From Bacillota bacterium (lineage in GTDB: Bacteria; Bacillota; Dehalobacteriia; UBA4068): 64,000 nt of DNA. Below are positions 52,360 through 63,929 of the stretch, in pieces. The notes below the pieces were generated by a model. It made no database searches. It saw only the letters and a list, made by a program, of their open reading frames with translations, and had not been told where the DNA came from. Location: contig JAVBKT010000017.1 in NCBI GenBank assembly GCA_031553915.1, positions 6,357-70,356 of the forward strand. Direction: 5' to 3'. The position numbers were made by a program, and so were the translations under genes. How positions within the stretch are numbered: the first letter of the stretch is position 1; every line of letters begins with the position of its first letter.

Positions 52360-52533
52360 AGAGTTGCTGTATTTGTTAAGAGTTGCTGTTTTATGCTGGT
52401 TTATCTTGTTTTGCTTAAAACCCGATAAGCATCACCTCCTATACTTGCCTTCAAAGATTTTTCTTTCAATGATTAACATCCATTTATCTCAACACCAGTC
52501 CCGCGAGAGAACGTGGTATTGTTGTCATTTATA

Positions 52534-53241
52534 CTATCTCTTTCTTGTCTTATTATAAATAGTCAATTGGGAGTTTGTTTGTTGATCCTGTGACAAATTA
52601 CTGATATCAGTAATTTGCTCATCGATAATAGCCAACTCATTGGCACATTTGGCTAGCATAGAGCGCATCAGCGTATCCGGCTTGCCGTCAGTTTTATAGC
52701 ATAATTTATGCTCAATGCTGGCCCACATATCCATGGCGACCGTTCTAAACTGTATTTCCAGCGGAAATTTTGTTTCACAGCCGGGTATAGAGAGCAAGAT
52801 CACTAAATGCAGGCTACGATAACCATTTCTTTTAGGAAATTCAATATAGTCCCGAATTTTGACCAGCTTAACATCCTTCATCTTTAATATCTGCTCAAGC
52901 AAAGGATATATATCCTGCTGATAATGGGTGACGATACGGAAGCCAATAATATCTAAGACGTTATAGCGAATATTTTCTGCGTTAATAGCTGCGTTTTTTG
53001 TTGACAATTTGTTGATAATGCTTTCCACGCTTTTTAAGCGGTATTGAAGAGAATAAATAGGCTGGTAATTTTGCTGTTCAGCAAAATTATAGGCTAATAC
53101 TGCCAAACGCAATTGCATCGTCTGCATTGCTTGCTCATATTGCTTACGCACAGCAAGAATTATACTGTTATCGTTTTTATCTAAATATCTGCTAGTCTGT
53201 TTTTCTTGTTGATGATCAAGAAATATTGCTAAATTATCCAT
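52534..53241 (-). CDS. Small alarmone synthetase (RelP/RelQ-like (p)ppGpp synthetase)
   Basis: RLKS..SI..K, DIIGFRI, GYRSLH, EIQFRT, WASIEH. Confidence 0.88.
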   Translation of the reverse strand: MDNLAIFLDHQQEKQTSRYLDKNDNSIILAVRKQYEQAMQTMQLRLAVLAYNFAEQQNYQPIYSLQYRLKSVESIINKLSTKNAAINAENIRYNVLDIIGFRIVTHYQQDIYPLLEQILKMKDVKLVKIRDYIEFPKRNGYRSLHLVILLSIPGCETKFPLEIQFRTVAMDMWASIEHKLCYKTDGKPDTLMRSMLAKCANELAIIDEQITDISNLSQDQQTNSQLTIYNKTRKR

Positions 53242-53394
53242 CGATACTCCTTTCTTTGTTGATGACTATAGTATAATAGCTACATATGAATTACGTTTGT
53301 ACTGCATATGAATTAGCGTGATTAAAAAATGAAAAATTAAAGCACCAGCGATATGCTGGTGCTTTAATTATAATATTAACAAATATAGCGGGTG

Positions 53395-54750
53395 TTAATT
53401 TTTTAAGCTTTGCAAAGGTGCAGGGATTTGCCCTCCTCTGTGAATGAATTGTGCTGGGGATGCGTTGTTTACTTTCATCACCGGGCCATGCCCCAGCAGG
53501 CCGCCAAATTCCAAGCGCTCCCCTACTTTTTTACCGATAGCAGGAATAATCCGCACAGCAGTGGTTTTGGAATTGATCATACCGATGGCAGCTTCATCCG
53601 CAATAATACCGGAGATGATCTCTGCGGGGGTATCTCCGGGAATGATAATCATATCCAAACCAACCGAGCAGACCGCTGTCATCGCCTCCAGCTTTTCGAT
53701 AGATAAGGCTCCTGAGGTAGCCGCGGCTATCATACCGGCGTCTTCGCTAACCGGAATAAACGCTCCGGAAAGACCGCCGATTTGCGAAGAGGCCATTACG
53801 CCGCCTTTTTTAACCGCATCATTTAATAAGGCCAGTGTAGCTGTGGTACCATGCGCACCGCAGCTTTCCAAGCCAATCTCTTCTAATATATAGGCGACAG
53901 AATCACCGACAGCCGGTGTCGGCGCCAGAGAAAGATCAACTATACCAAAGGGGACATTGAGCAGTTTGGCTGCTTCTGAGCCCACCAATTGACCCATGCG
54001 GGTAATTTTAAAAGCAGTACGCTTAATTAAATCGGAAATTTCCGTAATATTTAAGCCATTAGCCTTGGCAAGAGCAGCGCGTACCACACCCGGACCGGAA
54101 ACCCCGACATTAATCACACAATCCGGCTCTCCCGGACCATGAAAGGCTCCGGCCATAAAAGGGTTGTCCTCAGGCGCGTTGCAGAAAACAACCAGTTTAG
54201 CAGCTCCCAGGCAATTGTTATCAGCAGTCAGTTGCGCTGTTTGGAGAATAACCTCGCCCATAGTTTTCACCGCGTCAAGATTAATGCCGGATTTGGTGGA
54301 ACCGATATTCACCGAAGAACAAACTAGCTCAGTAGTGCTAAGCGCTTCCGGGATGGATTCTATCAGCTGCTTATCCCCGGGTGAGAAGCCTTTATGCACT
54401 AAAGCGGAATAGCCGCCGATAAAATTAACGCCAACAGTTTTGGCGGTTTTATCCAGCATACGGGCATATTGCACCGGGTCGCCGCCGGAGGCTCCGGCCA
54501 AAATAGCAATTGGCGTGACGGAAACGCGTTTGTTGATGATCGGAATACCATATTTCCTTTCAATAGCTTCTCCGCTTGCTACTAGGTTTTCCGCCATGCG
54601 GCAAATCTTTTCATATACCTTATCACAGGAACGGTTGATATCGGAATCTGCGCAATCGAGCAAAGAAATGCCCATGGTAATGGTGCGGATATCCAGGTTT
54701 TCATTTTCAATCATCCTGATAGTTTCTAATATATCACTGGCATTAAACAT
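53395..54750 (-). CDS. DUF711/UPF0210 (PFL-like) protein
   Basis: [33 protein letters not shown]; paired with an ACT protein. Confidence 0.9.
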   Translation of the reverse strand: MFNASDILETIRMIENENLDIRTITMGISLLDCADSDINRSCDKVYEKICRMAENLVASGEAIERKYGIPIINKRVSVTPIAILAGASGGDPVQYARMLDKTAKTVGVNFIGGYSALVHKGFSPGDKQLIESIPEALSTTELVCSSVNIGSTKSGINLDAVKTMGEVILQTAQLTADNNCLGAAKLVVFCNAPEDNPFMAGAFHGPGEPDCVINVGVSGPGVVRAALAKANGLNITEISDLIKRTAFKITRMGQLVGSEAAKLLNVPFGIVDLSLAPTPAVGDSVAYILEEIGLESCGAHGTTATLALLNDAVKKGGVMASSQIGGLSGAFIPVSEDAGMIAAATSGALSIEKLEAMTAVCSVGLDMIIIPGDTPAEIISGIIADEAAIGMINSKTTAVRIIPAIGKKVGERLEFGGLLGHGPVMKVNNASPAQFIHRGGQIPAPLQSLKN

Positions 54751-54775
54751 AAAACGGGTATGCTCCTTTCAAAAA

Positions 54776-55045
54776 TTAAATCCGGTGCATTGAATTAAAA
54801 ATATCTTCATGCATGGTGTGTATGGTCATACCCATTTGTTCGCCAATATTGCTCAATCCCAAAGAGAACTCGGAAAACTCCACGGAAAGATTGCTGATAT
54901 CAACAAGCATAATCATCGCAAACAAGTCTTGCAAAACAGACTGTGTGACCTCCAGGATATTAGCATTATCATCAGCACATTTGCTGGAAACCTTGGCCAA
55001 AATACCAACCATATCTTTGCCAAGTACAGTTATTACAGCGCGCAT
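54776..55045 (-). CDS. ACT domain protein (UPF0237)
   Basis: AVITVLGKD..GI; ends HEDIFNSMHRI. Confidence 0.9.
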   Translation of the reverse strand: MRAVITVLGKDMVGILAKVSSKCADDNANILEVTQSVLQDLFAMIMLVDISNLSVEFSEFSLGLSNIGEQMGMTIHTMHEDIFNSMHRI

Positions 55046-55121
55046 AGGTTTACTCCTTTATCATTCTTTGCTATACAAAATAATATTATAACACGGAGCT
55101 AACAGAAAATAAAATATCCAG

Positions 55122-55553
55122 TTACTCCCCTGCTAGCGCTTCCCCGCTATCAAGCTTGGAGGTGCAAGCCGGGCAGCGGGTAGCTTCAGCATCTATTTCA
55201 CTCTTGCAATAGGGGCAGGTTTGCATTGGCTTGGCTTCTTCTTCCGGTTCAGTTTTTTTACGGCGAAAAGCGTTCATACCCTTCACCAGCAAAAAGATAA
55301 CTATGGCCATCAAGAAGAAGTTTAAGACGCTGGTGATAAAGGCGCCGTACCTAATAGAAACACCAAAAATATCAAGAACAAGATCACTAAAGTCTTTGTT
55401 CGCGATCAGACCGATCAGAGGAGATATAATATCATCGGTCAATGATTTGATGACAGATTGGAAGGCAGCGCCAATGATGACGCCAACAGCCAAATCCATG
55501 ACATTGCCTTTACTAATAAATTCCTTAAATTCGCCAATTATTTTTTTCATCAC
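55122..55553 (-). CDS. mscL: Large-conductance mechanosensitive channel with C-terminal Zn ribbon
   Basis: EFKEFISKGNVMDLAVGVIIG; CPYC..CPAC. Confidence 0.93.
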   Translation of the reverse strand: MMKKIIGEFKEFISKGNVMDLAVGVIIGAAFQSVIKSLTDDIISPLIGLIANKDFSDLVLDIFGVSIRYGAFITSVLNFFLMAIVIFLLVKGMNAFRRKKTEPEEEAKPMQTCPYCKSEIDAEATRCPACTSKLDSGEALAGE

Positions 55554-55727
55554 ATATCTCCTTTTTTATTATTTTACTTATATATTATAGCTCAGTAATT
55601 AGCCTAAAACAAGTTTCATCCGTTCTTTTACTAACATTGACATGACAGAATATTTAGACTATTATATTAAACATAGCTAGGCATATGAATTAACTAGCTA
55701 AAATAAAAGAAGAAAGGAGGAAAAAGA

Positions 55728-56282
55728 ATGAATGCTGCACTGTTAGTTATTGATATTCAAAATGACTATTTTGCCGGAGGAAAATACGAGCTGTATAAGC
55801 CCGCCACCGCAGCCAATAATGCGAAAATAGCTATCGACTTCTTTAGGGCCAAAGGCTACCCTGTCTATTATGCCCAACATATTTTTGCTAGTGATGACGC
55901 TCCGTTTTTCCAGCCCAGCGATCCTGTCGGTACCAAAATCCATGATAGTGTTGCCCCTTTGGCCAGCGAAAAGGTTTTTGTCAAGCATGCTCCTGACAGC
56001 TTCCATCTGACCGGTCTCAATGCTGAGCTGCAGGCAGCCAAAATTGACACCTTGGTCATCTGCGGCATGATGAGCCATATCTGCGTGGATACAACTGTGC
56101 GCTCTGCAACCAATTATGGCTATAATGTCATTCTGCTGCATGATGCTTGCGCCACCCTGGCTCAGGAATGGCAAGGCAAAAATTTGCCGGCGGAAACAGT
56201 TCACGATGTTTTTATGGCGGCTTTGGGCGGATTTTTTGCCCAGGCTATCCCTACCGGCCAATTGCCGGATGTCGTCAAATAA
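55728..56282 (+). CDS. Isochorismatase/cysteine hydrolase family protein
   Basis: LLVIDIQNDYF, GMMSHICVDTT, HDAC. Confidence 0.9.
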   Translation: MNAALLVIDIQNDYFAGGKYELYKPATAANNAKIAIDFFRAKGYPVYYAQHIFASDDAPFFQPSDPVGTKIHDSVAPLASEKVFVKHAPDSFHLTGLNAELQAAKIDTLVICGMMSHICVDTTVRSATNYGYNVILLHDACATLAQEWQGKNLPAETVHDVFMAALGGFFAQAIPTGQLPDVVK

Positions 56283-56441
56283 CCCTAGGATAAGTGAGAT
56301 TTTGCCATGACCCCATTAAAATAGCAGCGCACCGATGCTTAAGTGGTGCGTTGCTATTATTTATATAATTAGTATTGTTCTTTTAATCATTTGCTGATTG
56401 TGATAAACTATAATAAATTATTTGTAGAAAAGAGGATTGCC

Positions 56442-56951
56442 ATGAAAAAAATATCCTTAATGATTTTGATTGCTCTGCTTACCTTTGGCCTTTGCGCTTG
56501 CACTAACGGTGCTGATCCAATAGATACAGACAATGCGGGCACTCCGGATATTCCCAATAACGGTACTGCTGCCGAGCTGCCGGAACCATTTGCTAACCAT
56601 GATGGCGACCAGGCCTATTTTTACCCCACCAGCGAGGATTACCTCGTGGTGATGTACGATGGCGCGGATACTGATATCTCCTCTGCCAATGGCGTAATTA
56701 CCTATGAATTAATCTCTTTTAGCGATGGCGAGGTTTCAGACACCATGCATAAATGGGTTTTTGCAGATGATGCGACAGCCAAGGCCTATGTTGAAGGCAA
56801 AGGCGGCTTTGTCGCCTATAATAATATCGTCTATGAGATAGCAGGAAACGCCGCCTTTATGGACCCCAGTAAGGAAAGCGTGGTCAACTGGGCCAAGGGC
56901 AAGGGCGGTGAGATATATCTTTCTGAGCCCAGCGGTCTTGAAGATGAATAG
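56442..56951 (+). CDS. Hypothetical lipoprotein
   Basis: MKK signal peptide with LCAC lipobox; acidic mature region. Confidence 0.7.
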   Translation: MKKISLMILIALLTFGLCACTNGADPIDTDNAGTPDIPNNGTAAELPEPFANHDGDQAYFYPTSEDYLVVMYDGADTDISSANGVITYELISFSDGEVSDTMHKWVFADDATAKAYVEGKGGFVAYNNIVYEIAGNAAFMDPSKESVVNWAKGKGGEIYLSEPSGLEDE

Positions 56952-57639
56952 TCCCCAGGATATTCAGTTGCGGGAAGACGCCTTAAATGAGCTAATTACT
57001 GCTCTCCCCTTTTGGCCATATTTATCCGCCAAAGAGCAAGAACTGGTGCGTAACCGTCTCAGCCTGGTTCATTATCAAAGCGGACAGATAGTGCATAGCA
57101 ATGAAGCGGAGTGCTTAGGCTTGGTTTTGGTGGCCAGCGGTTGTCTGCGCGCTTATCTTCTCTCCCCAGACGGCAGAGAAACAGTGCTATACCACATAAA
57201 AAGCAATGATTTTTGTGTGCTTTCTGCTGATTGCGTGCTGGATGCAGTGTCTTTTGATACCCAGGTAATTGCGGAAGAAGACAGTGTTGTCCTGGTGATC
57301 CCGGTAGACGTCTTTGCAAAATTGCTGGAAAATAATATTTACGTGGAGCGCGACACCTATGCAAAAGCTACTGAACGTTTTTCCGAAGTAGTTTCCGGCT
57401 TGGAAAGGCTGGTTTTTCTTAGCTTTGAGCAAAGGCTGGTCTCCTTTTTACTGACGCAAATAGCGGAAAAAGAAGATAATACGCTTAATATGACCCATGA
57501 ACAGATTGCCATAAATATTGGCAGCGCACGCGAAACAGTCAGCAGAGCCTTAAAAATTATGTCTGCTAAAGGTTGGATTCTTTTATCGCGCGGCCAAATC
57601 ACTATCAAGGATAGAGCAGCTCTTGATCAGTTAAAATAA
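56944..57639 (+). CDS. Crp/Fnr family transcriptional regulator
   Basis: cNMP-like domain; THEQIA..IGSARETVSR HTH. Confidence 0.9.
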   Translation: MNSPQDIQLREDALNELITALPFWPYLSAKEQELVRNRLSLVHYQSGQIVHSNEAECLGLVLVASGCLRAYLLSPDGRETVLYHIKSNDFCVLSADCVLDAVSFDTQVIAEEDSVVLVIPVDVFAKLLENNIYVERDTYAKATERFSEVVSGLERLVFLSFEQRLVSFLLTQIAEKEDNTLNMTHEQIAINIGSARETVSRALKIMSAKGWILLSRGQITIKDRAALDQLK

Positions 57640-57670
57640 TAAAAGCTGGGGCTTGGCCCCAGCTTTTATT
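57640..57670. terminator. Bidirectional terminator
   Basis: TAAAAGCTGGGGC-TTG-GCCCCAGCTTTTA. Confidence 0.75.
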
Positions 57671-57679
57671 ATTTGCAGG

Positions 57680-58195
57680 CTAGTCCAGCGCCAGGCTGGG
57701 TGCGCTATAGCTCCTCGCTTTTAGCTCCTGATCCAGCGCATAAAGCCCTTTGGCATCTGTGCCAAATAGCTGATACTTTTTGATTAAATCATTGGCATTC
57801 TTTTCTTCTTCACCCTGCTCTTTAACAAACCAATTGAGAAATTCCAAAGAGCGGTAATCATTTGCGTCATGAGCAGCGGCATAAATATTATGGATTGATG
57901 CGGTTACGGTCTTTTCATGTTCCAGAGTTCTGAGCAACGGCGCGCCAAAATCAGTATAGTCATCTTCCGGAGCGTCTATTGTCAGTAGCTTAATTTTCTG
58001 ATCATTATTAAGCATAAAAGTACGCATCAGCATAGCATGGTCGCGTTCTTCCTGGGCCTGAATATAAAACCAGTTGGCAAAGCCTTCCAGCCCCTCATCG
58101 TCATAATAATTTGACATATGTAAATATAAATAGGCGGAATAAAGTTCTTTCATGATTTGTTCGTTTAAGAGTTCGGCTACTTTTTTGTCAAGCAT
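57680..58195 (-). CDS. Ferritin
   Basis: ELYSAYLY, QAQEERDHA, WFVKEQGEEE. Confidence 0.93.
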   Translation of the reverse strand: MLDKKVAELLNEQIMKELYSAYLYLHMSNYYDDEGLEGFANWFYIQAQEERDHAMLMRTFMLNNDQKIKLLTIDAPEDDYTDFGAPLLRTLEHEKTVTASIHNIYAAAHDANDYRSLEFLNWFVKEQGEEEKNANDLIKKYQLFGTDAKGLYALDQELKARSYSAPSLALD

Positions 58196-58226
58196 TTGTA
58201 TCCATCCCTTCTATGATAAAATATTT

Positions 58227-58535
58227 TTATATTGCCAGCATACTTAGTAGTTGATCCTTGCGTTGAAAGCCGGAGAGGCGATTAATAATTTCGCCGTCCT
58301 TAATGACAATTAGCGTCGGTATACTCATAACCCGAAATTTATTTGCCAGCTCTCTTTGCTCTTCAACATCTACTTTACATACCTTTATCTCATCCATTTC
58401 TTCTGCCAGCTCGTCAATCACCGGCCCTTGCATTTGACATGGGCCGCACCAATCAGCAAAAAAATCAATCAAAACCAGCTTATCAGAGCCAATAACCTCT
58501 TGCTCAAAATTATCACTTGTCAACTGTATAGTCAT
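58227..58535 (-). CDS. trxA: Thioredoxin
   Basis: WCGPC, SIPT. Confidence 0.95.
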   Translation of the reverse strand: MTIQLTSDNFEQEVIGSDKLVLIDFFADWCGPCQMQGPVIDELAEEMDEIKVCKVDVEEQRELANKFRVMSIPTLIVIKDGEIINRLSGFQRKDQLLSMLAI

Positions 58536-58672
58536 ATTAACACCTCCCTTTTTATCCTTGTTCCATTGACTAAATTATATTCATATCAGTAATTGTTTTC
58601 TGTGACAAAATCACAAAAGCTAAGTAGTTTTGCTATAATTTTATCAAAATTGTAAATAGAAAGGAAGAGTTA

Positions 58673-58927
58673 ATGTATTATATTTATATTGTTTGCTGTA
58701 GCGATGATACTTTATATACGGGAAGCACCACTGATATTAATAAGCGTATTGCCGCACACAACAGCGGTAAAGGCGCAAAATATACACGCGGCCGCTTGCC
58801 GGTACAGCTGGTATATCAGGAGCAGTTAGCAGATAAAGGCGCCGCCTTGAGCCGCGAGCGTGAAATTAAAAAAATGTCCCGCCAACAAAAGCTGCAAATG
58901 ATTGCCAACCTAAACAATAATACATGA
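58673..58927 (+). CDS. GIY-YIG nuclease family protein (UPF0213)
   Basis: YIYIV...LYTG, HNSGKGAKYTR. Confidence 0.9.
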   Translation: MYYIYIVCCSDDTLYTGSTTDINKRIAAHNSGKGAKYTRGRLPVQLVYQEQLADKGAALSREREIKKMSRQQKLQMIANLNNNT

Positions 58928-59019
58928 TAAAGATATGATATTGTCATTCCCTAATTGATGATATATAATAAAAGGTACTATTAGCACTCTTTATTAATAC
59001 GATAACGGCGGAATAACAA

Positions 59020-61263
59020 ATGACTTTTTTTATTATTTCTTTAATAGCGTCTTTGTTTCTTTTATATATTGTTGGCAAAATCTGGTTTGCCAGCACCCAA
59101 AACAGATATTTGATTGTTTTCTTTTTGATGGGAACAATGGCTTCGTTATGGACTTTGCTTAACGGCGTCACTGGTATCGCTTCTGCGCAAATCATTAGAG
59201 TTCTTGAACCGATCTGGATGGTGTTTGTTTGTTGTCTGCCCTTTTTGATGCTGATGTACATCCTGCATTTTATTAATTCACGGTTAGCCAATAGCCGCAT
59301 TTTGTCCGGAGTTCTGCTGGGCCTCATGCTTGCAGATGTAACCTTGCTGCTGACAAACCCCCTGCATATGCAATATTATACTTCGTTTACCGATAAAGGC
59401 CTGGGTGTTTATGGCCCGTTTTTTTGGGCGCACTCCTATGTATCATATCTGGTTTTGGCGGCAGCGTTTATTCTGCTGATCGTTTATGTCATAAAAAATG
59501 TCAAGAAATACCCGCATTTGATTTTGGTATTACTTGGCTCTGCCTGTCCATTTATTATCAATATCCTGCACGTTTTTGGTATATATCATGCCAGCTATGA
59601 TTTTACGCCTTTGGGATTTGTGGTTATGTTTGCCGTATACGGCATATTCTCGATACACTTTCGTCTTTTTGATCTCAAAAGCGCAGCATCGGCCAATATT
59701 TTTGATACGCTTTCCGAGGGGTTTTTGGTTGTCAACAATATCAGCCAGGTCGAAGTCGCTAATCCGGCTTTTTTGAAGGCCTTCCCTGCCCTGCATATCA
59801 AAATGAAAGTAACATCGATTGATGATGTGATGAATTACATTAAATCTGTAGCAGTAAGTTATGCGCCGGAAGATATGTTTGCCAAAATTTCTTCACAGAA
59901 ACAAGGGCTTGAGGATGGCGAATGCTCTGTCAATGATGAAAACGGCAACATCCATGATTTTGCTATATCAAAGGATTTTATTATCCGGCGCGGCCAAAGC
60001 GCCGGTTTTGTGCTTACTTTGACAAATATCAGTAATTATCGCAGAATGATTGCTGAAATTAACCAGCAAAATATTGAATTAATTGAACTCAAGGATGCGG
60101 CCGAGGCTGCATCAAGATCAAAAAGCGAGTTTCTGGCTAATATGAGCCATGAAATCAGAACACCAATGAATGCGATCATTGGCATGACTGCTATTACCAA
60201 AAAAAGCAGAGATTTAGTGCAAATTGATAGCTATTTGGACAAGCTGGATAATGCCTCGCGCCAGCTACTCAGTATTATTAACGATATTCTTGATATGTCG
60301 AAGATTGAAGCCAATAAGCTTGAATTGCATGATGAAGATTATAATTTTGCTGATATGCTCGCTGAATGCAAAGATATTGTTATTGATAGTATTAAAGAAA
60401 AGCAACAGCAAATTAGCTTTGATATTGCTAAAGACTTGCCCCTATGGCTGCGCGGCGATAAGCTGCGTTTATCACAGGTAATTATTAATCTTTTATCAAA
60501 TGCGGTGAAATTTACTCCGGAAAAAGGAGAGATAAAGCTTAGTGCCAAACTTGTTTCGCAGACAGATATCTCCGCCAAAATTAATATTGCTATCGCAGAC
60601 AGCGGCATTGGTATGTCTGAAGATCAGCTTGAGCGTTTGTTTAATGTTTTCGAACAAGCGGACAGCAGTATCTCACGCCGCTTTGGCGGCTCCGGGCTGG
60701 GGTTGGCCATATCCAAGAGCATCATTGAGATGATGGGCGGCCAGATATGGGTAAAAAGCACACCGGGACAAGGCAGTACCTTCTATTTTGATTTTATTGT
60801 GCAGGTTAATGATGCTGCCGCCATGGTCAAAGATACAATTGCAGCTGATATTGAGGAGAATGATTATGATTTCTCCGGGCATACTGTGCTTTTGGTTGAA
60901 GATGTGGAAATTAACAGAGAAATAATTTTAGCCTTAATGAAAGACAGCGGCATTAATATTGAATGCGCTGTTAATGGGCAAGAGGCATATAATATCTTTA
61001 TCAAGGAACCTGAAAAGTATGATATTATTTATATGGATTTGCAAATGCCGCTGGTAGATGGCTATACTGCCACGCAAATGATACGGGCCTATGATCATCC
61101 GTACGCTAAAGCTGTGCCTATTATTGCCATGACAGCCCATGCTTTTGAAGAAGACATTAAAAAATGTATCGAAGTGGGCATGAATGACCATATTGCCAAG
61201 CCGATTGATATCAAAATATTATTTCACAAAACTGCTGAGTATCTAAATAATAAACTGATCTAA
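59020..61263 (+). CDS. Hybrid histidine kinase (7TM sensor, HisKA, HATPase, receiver)
   Basis: Multiple TM segments, [31 protein letters not shown]. Confidence 0.92.
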   Translation: MTFFIISLIASLFLLYIVGKIWFASTQNRYLIVFFLMGTMASLWTLLNGVTGIASAQIIRVLEPIWMVFVCCLPFLMLMYILHFINSRLANSRILSGVLLGLMLADVTLLLTNPLHMQYYTSFTDKGLGVYGPFFWAHSYVSYLVLAAAFILLIVYVIKNVKKYPHLILVLLGSACPFIINILHVFGIYHASYDFTPLGFVVMFAVYGIFSIHFRLFDLKSAASANIFDTLSEGFLVVNNISQVEVANPAFLKAFPALHIKMKVTSIDDVMNYIKSVAVSYAPEDMFAKISSQKQGLEDGECSVNDENGNIHDFAISKDFIIRRGQSAGFVLTLTNISNYRRMIAEINQQNIELIELKDAAEAASRSKSEFLANMSHEIRTPMNAIIGMTAITKKSRDLVQIDSYLDKLDNASRQLLSIINDILDMSKIEANKLELHDEDYNFADMLAECKDIVIDSIKEKQQQISFDIAKDLPLWLRGDKLRLSQVIINLLSNAVKFTPEKGEIKLSAKLVSQTDISAKINIAIADSGIGMSEDQLERLFNVFEQADSSISRRFGGSGLGLAISKSIIEMMGGQIWVKSTPGQGSTFYFDFIVQVNDAAAMVKDTIAADIEENDYDFSGHTVLLVEDVEINREIILALMKDSGINIECAVNGQEAYNIFIKEPEKYDIIYMDLQMPLVDGYTATQMIRAYDHPYAKAVPIIAMTAHAFEEDIKKCIEVGMNDHIAKPIDIKILFHKTAEYLNNKLI

Positions 61264-61264
61264 T

Positions 61265-61714
61265 TTACAAATCCTTTAACATCTGCAGATAGCGAAATTC
61301 TTCATAGCCCAAACGCTTATATAAACGAATAGCAGATGAATTACTGCTCGTAACTTCCAGGCGTATTCTTTTAGCAATATTTTTATATTCATCCTCAACG
61401 AATTTAAATAATAAGCTGCCTAATCCTTGGCCTTGATACCGTGGAGTAATATACGCCTCATCAATAAGCAAAGAAATGCCACCTGCTTCGTTGGACCAGG
61501 TAAATGATAACAGCGCATATCCGGCAACATTTCCTTCCTGAATTAATGCCAGTCCGCGTAAATACAAATTTTTTTTCAGGCATTCATCAAATGTTTGTTG
61601 AAAATTCTCTGCTGAAATTGAATGCAAGACAGCGTCGGTTTGATAAAAATCCTCAGACATGGCAATATACTTAGTTCGGTCACTCTCGATAAAATCACGT
61701 ATTAGTTGAGTCAT
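61265..61714 (-). CDS. GNAT acetyltransferase
   Basis: YQGQGLG, AIRLYKRLGY. Confidence 0.88.
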   Translation of the reverse strand: MTQLIRDFIESDRTKYIAMSEDFYQTDAVLHSISAENFQQTFDECLKKNLYLRGLALIQEGNVAGYALLSFTWSNEAGGISLLIDEAYITPRYQGQGLGSLLFKFVEDEYKNIAKRIRLEVTSSNSSAIRLYKRLGYEEFRYLQMLKDL

Positions 61715-61898
61715 GCTAGCAGGCCTCCATAATCTTATTTTATAGCATTTGTCAAGTATTTTAAAATAAATTCTTGAAAATCAAGACAATTTTTCTTGAA
61801 AATTAAGCTAATTTTTTGTGATTTATAATAAGTTGATGCCGTAGATAAAAAGAAAGAGCATGCAATGCATGCTCTTTCTTTTTGAAGATAATAATTAC

Positions 61899-62711
61899 TT
61901 ATTTCCCGATCCACCAAGTGGCGGCCATTTTACCATCCTTTGCGCCATCACTCCAGATCAGTTCTTCTTCCATGGACACATTCAGCGGGGCGCCTTCGGC
62001 AGCAAAATCAGTGATTTCGCGATCAACAATAACAGCGCCATAGGTAAACAATAATTTCCCCTCGGCTTTTTCGGCAAGATTTATGCCGAATGAAGCGCGG
62101 TCAGTGATGTCCTGCGCCTCGCCATTATACATAGTGTAGATATGAATACCGATATCCTTCAATGCGGAAGCATCTGGCAATACCCAGCCCTCGCCAACGT
62201 CTTCCAATGTTTCACAGAGAGCCAGCAATTCAGCATAAACATTGGCGCCTAAATTGTCTTCATCAGCCGTAAAATAGAAAACAGCGCTAAAGCCAATTGC
62301 GGGGCGAATTTCATCGCTGTCTGCTGCGGTTGTGTTGAGGATAAACTCAAAACCACTGCCTTCTGCTGCGAGCTGATTGGGCATTTGTACTGCATATTTG
62401 GTATAGCTCTCTTCAATAGCAAAGAGCGATTCCGCCCAACAGAAACCATTATCCTCAGCAATTTGCAACTGCTCGGCAAATATGTCGTTTTCAGGCATAG
62501 CCAAAAAGATCATTCCTGCCTCATTTGCGTCTGGGGCGATAACCTTAGCGGTAAAATCAGCATCTTCCTCACTAAATTCAGGTTCTTCCGGGGTGACTAT
62601 GTCTTGCGGTACAACAGGATCTTGATCAATCGGATCTGTCGCGTCGTTGCATCCAGCGAGCAAAGCGCATAGCAACGCCATCGCGATTATAACTGAAAAT
62701 ATTTTTTTCAT
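61899..62711 (-). CDS. Hypothetical lipoprotein
   Basis: LAGC lipobox, GAGGAG RBS, acidic. Confidence 0.7.
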   Translation of the reverse strand: MKKIFSVIIAMALLCALLAGCNDATDPIDQDPVVPQDIVTPEEPEFSEEDADFTAKVIAPDANEAGMIFLAMPENDIFAEQLQIAEDNGFCWAESLFAIEESYTKYAVQMPNQLAAEGSGFEFILNTTAADSDEIRPAIGFSAVFYFTADEDNLGANVYAELLALCETLEDVGEGWVLPDASALKDIGIHIYTMYNGEAQDITDRASFGINLAEKAEGKLLFTYGAVIVDREITDFAAEGAPLNVSMEEELIWSDGAKDGKMAATWWIGK

Positions 62712-62924
62712 TTTTTCCTCCTCGAAATATTTTTATATGCGATACCTTGCGGTTAGTAAATACTAACTGCATATTATTTTATCATGATTAAATTTATTGT
62801 CAAGAGTTTTTAGCATAGCTTTTGCCATGAAAAGATTTTTGCACAAAACAACGGCCAAACCTGAACGCTGATGCGCAGATTCGACCGTTCTTGGACTGAA
62901 CTCACTCCTCTCTCCATAAAAAGG

Positions 62925-63470
62925 TTAAAGCAGTGATTTAATTTTATTGATTGTTTTGAGATTGCGGGCAGTTGAAGGTTGCTGAAGTTTTGCCAGTTTT
63001 GCTGCTAGCTTTGAATCGCGAATGCTCTGATGGCAAAGCAAATAAATATCATACTCTTTAATATATAGCTTATCCTCACCCTTATAATCAGCACATAATT
63101 GGTTGATTTCCTGACTATCTATCACTGTATCAGACAAATAAACGTATAGATGCTCTGCATCGGGGTTTTGCTGTTTTGTCTGTTCAATTTCTTCTGTTTT
63201 ATAAGGCACAGAGTCAGCGATATTTGCTATCTCTGCGCTGGAGCGTATAACGACTGCACTTTGGAATCCAAAATGCTCAGCAAAAGCATTTGCAATCAGA
63301 GGCGACAATGTTTGCCTATTGTTTTCAGATGAAAAAATCACATTTCCACTTTGAAGATAAGTTATTACTTCCCAAAAACCGAGATCAGAAAACAGCTTTT
63401 TCAAATCAGCCATTTTAACAATATTTTTTCCGCCAACATTTATGCCTCTAAAAAAAGCAACATATCTCAT
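62925..63470 (-). CDS. DUF1697 family protein
   Basis: YVAFFRGINVGG, TYLQSGNV, TARN. Confidence 0.85.
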   Translation of the reverse strand: MRYVAFFRGINVGGKNIVKMADLKKLFSDLGFWEVITYLQSGNVIFSSENNRQTLSPLIANAFAEHFGFQSAVVIRSSAEIANIADSVPYKTEEIEQTKQQNPDAEHLYVYLSDTVIDSQEINQLCADYKGEDKLYIKEYDIYLLCHQSIRDSKLAAKLAKLQQPSTARNLKTINKIKSLL

Positions 63471-63537
63471 TATCAATGATACTCCTTGGCTTTTTGAACG
63501 CAAATATAATGACTAAATGTAAATTTATTATAACAAA

Positions 63538-63571
63538 AAACCTGCCCTAAAAGCAATTTCAGGGCAGGTTT
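63538..63571 (-). terminator. ssrA terminator
   Basis: AAACCTGCCCT...AGGGCAGGTTT with a T-run on the - strand just past the tmRNA 3' end. Confidence 0.7.
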
Positions 63572-63582
63572 CGCTAAATAAA

Positions 63583-63929
63583 TGGTGGAGCTGGGGGGAG
63601 TTGAACCCCCGTCCGAAAGACAACCCACAAGAGCATCTCCGAGCGCAGTATGTGATTTAGTCTCGCTCCGGCAGCGGCCACATACAGCCTCTGCCTTCGC
63701 ATGCCCTTAAGAATTCCCTCACTAGGCCAGGGCGCTCATAGTAAGGTGAGCCCATATTAATGACCCATCACAAGCCCTATGGGCGAGGTTTGGTCAGGGT
63801 TAGACTGCAATTAAGCAGCTAAAGCGTAATTTGGTTTGGCAAATAAATTTGCTTTTCGCGTTTACGGGCGCAGACACCCCGGCTCGCTTCTCTTGCCAAT
63901 CAATCCCCCGTCGAAACCGGTACAGCCCC
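63583..63929 (-). ncRNA. ssrA: tmRNA
   Basis: 5' GGGGCTGTACCGGTTTCGAC; 3' GGTTCAACTCCCCCCAGCTCCACCA; tag ORF AKPNYALAA*. Confidence 0.95.

Noticed and set aside
52360-52445. AGGAGGTGATGCTT on the - strand and a short AGAGTTGCTGT repeat, suggesting a type I toxin
   Set aside because: No properly spaced start codon or hydrophobic ORF follows
55122-55230. Zn-ribbon tail on MscL
   Set aside because: A common variant in anaerobic Firmicutes
58673-58927. GIY-YIG gene as a homing endonuclease or defence gene
   Set aside because: Short stand-alone UPF0213 housekeeping type; no intron or mobile context
61899-63583. Possible island integrated at the tmRNA 3' end
   Set aside because: No integrase or duplicated ssrA 3' end seen; a normal terminator follows ssrA
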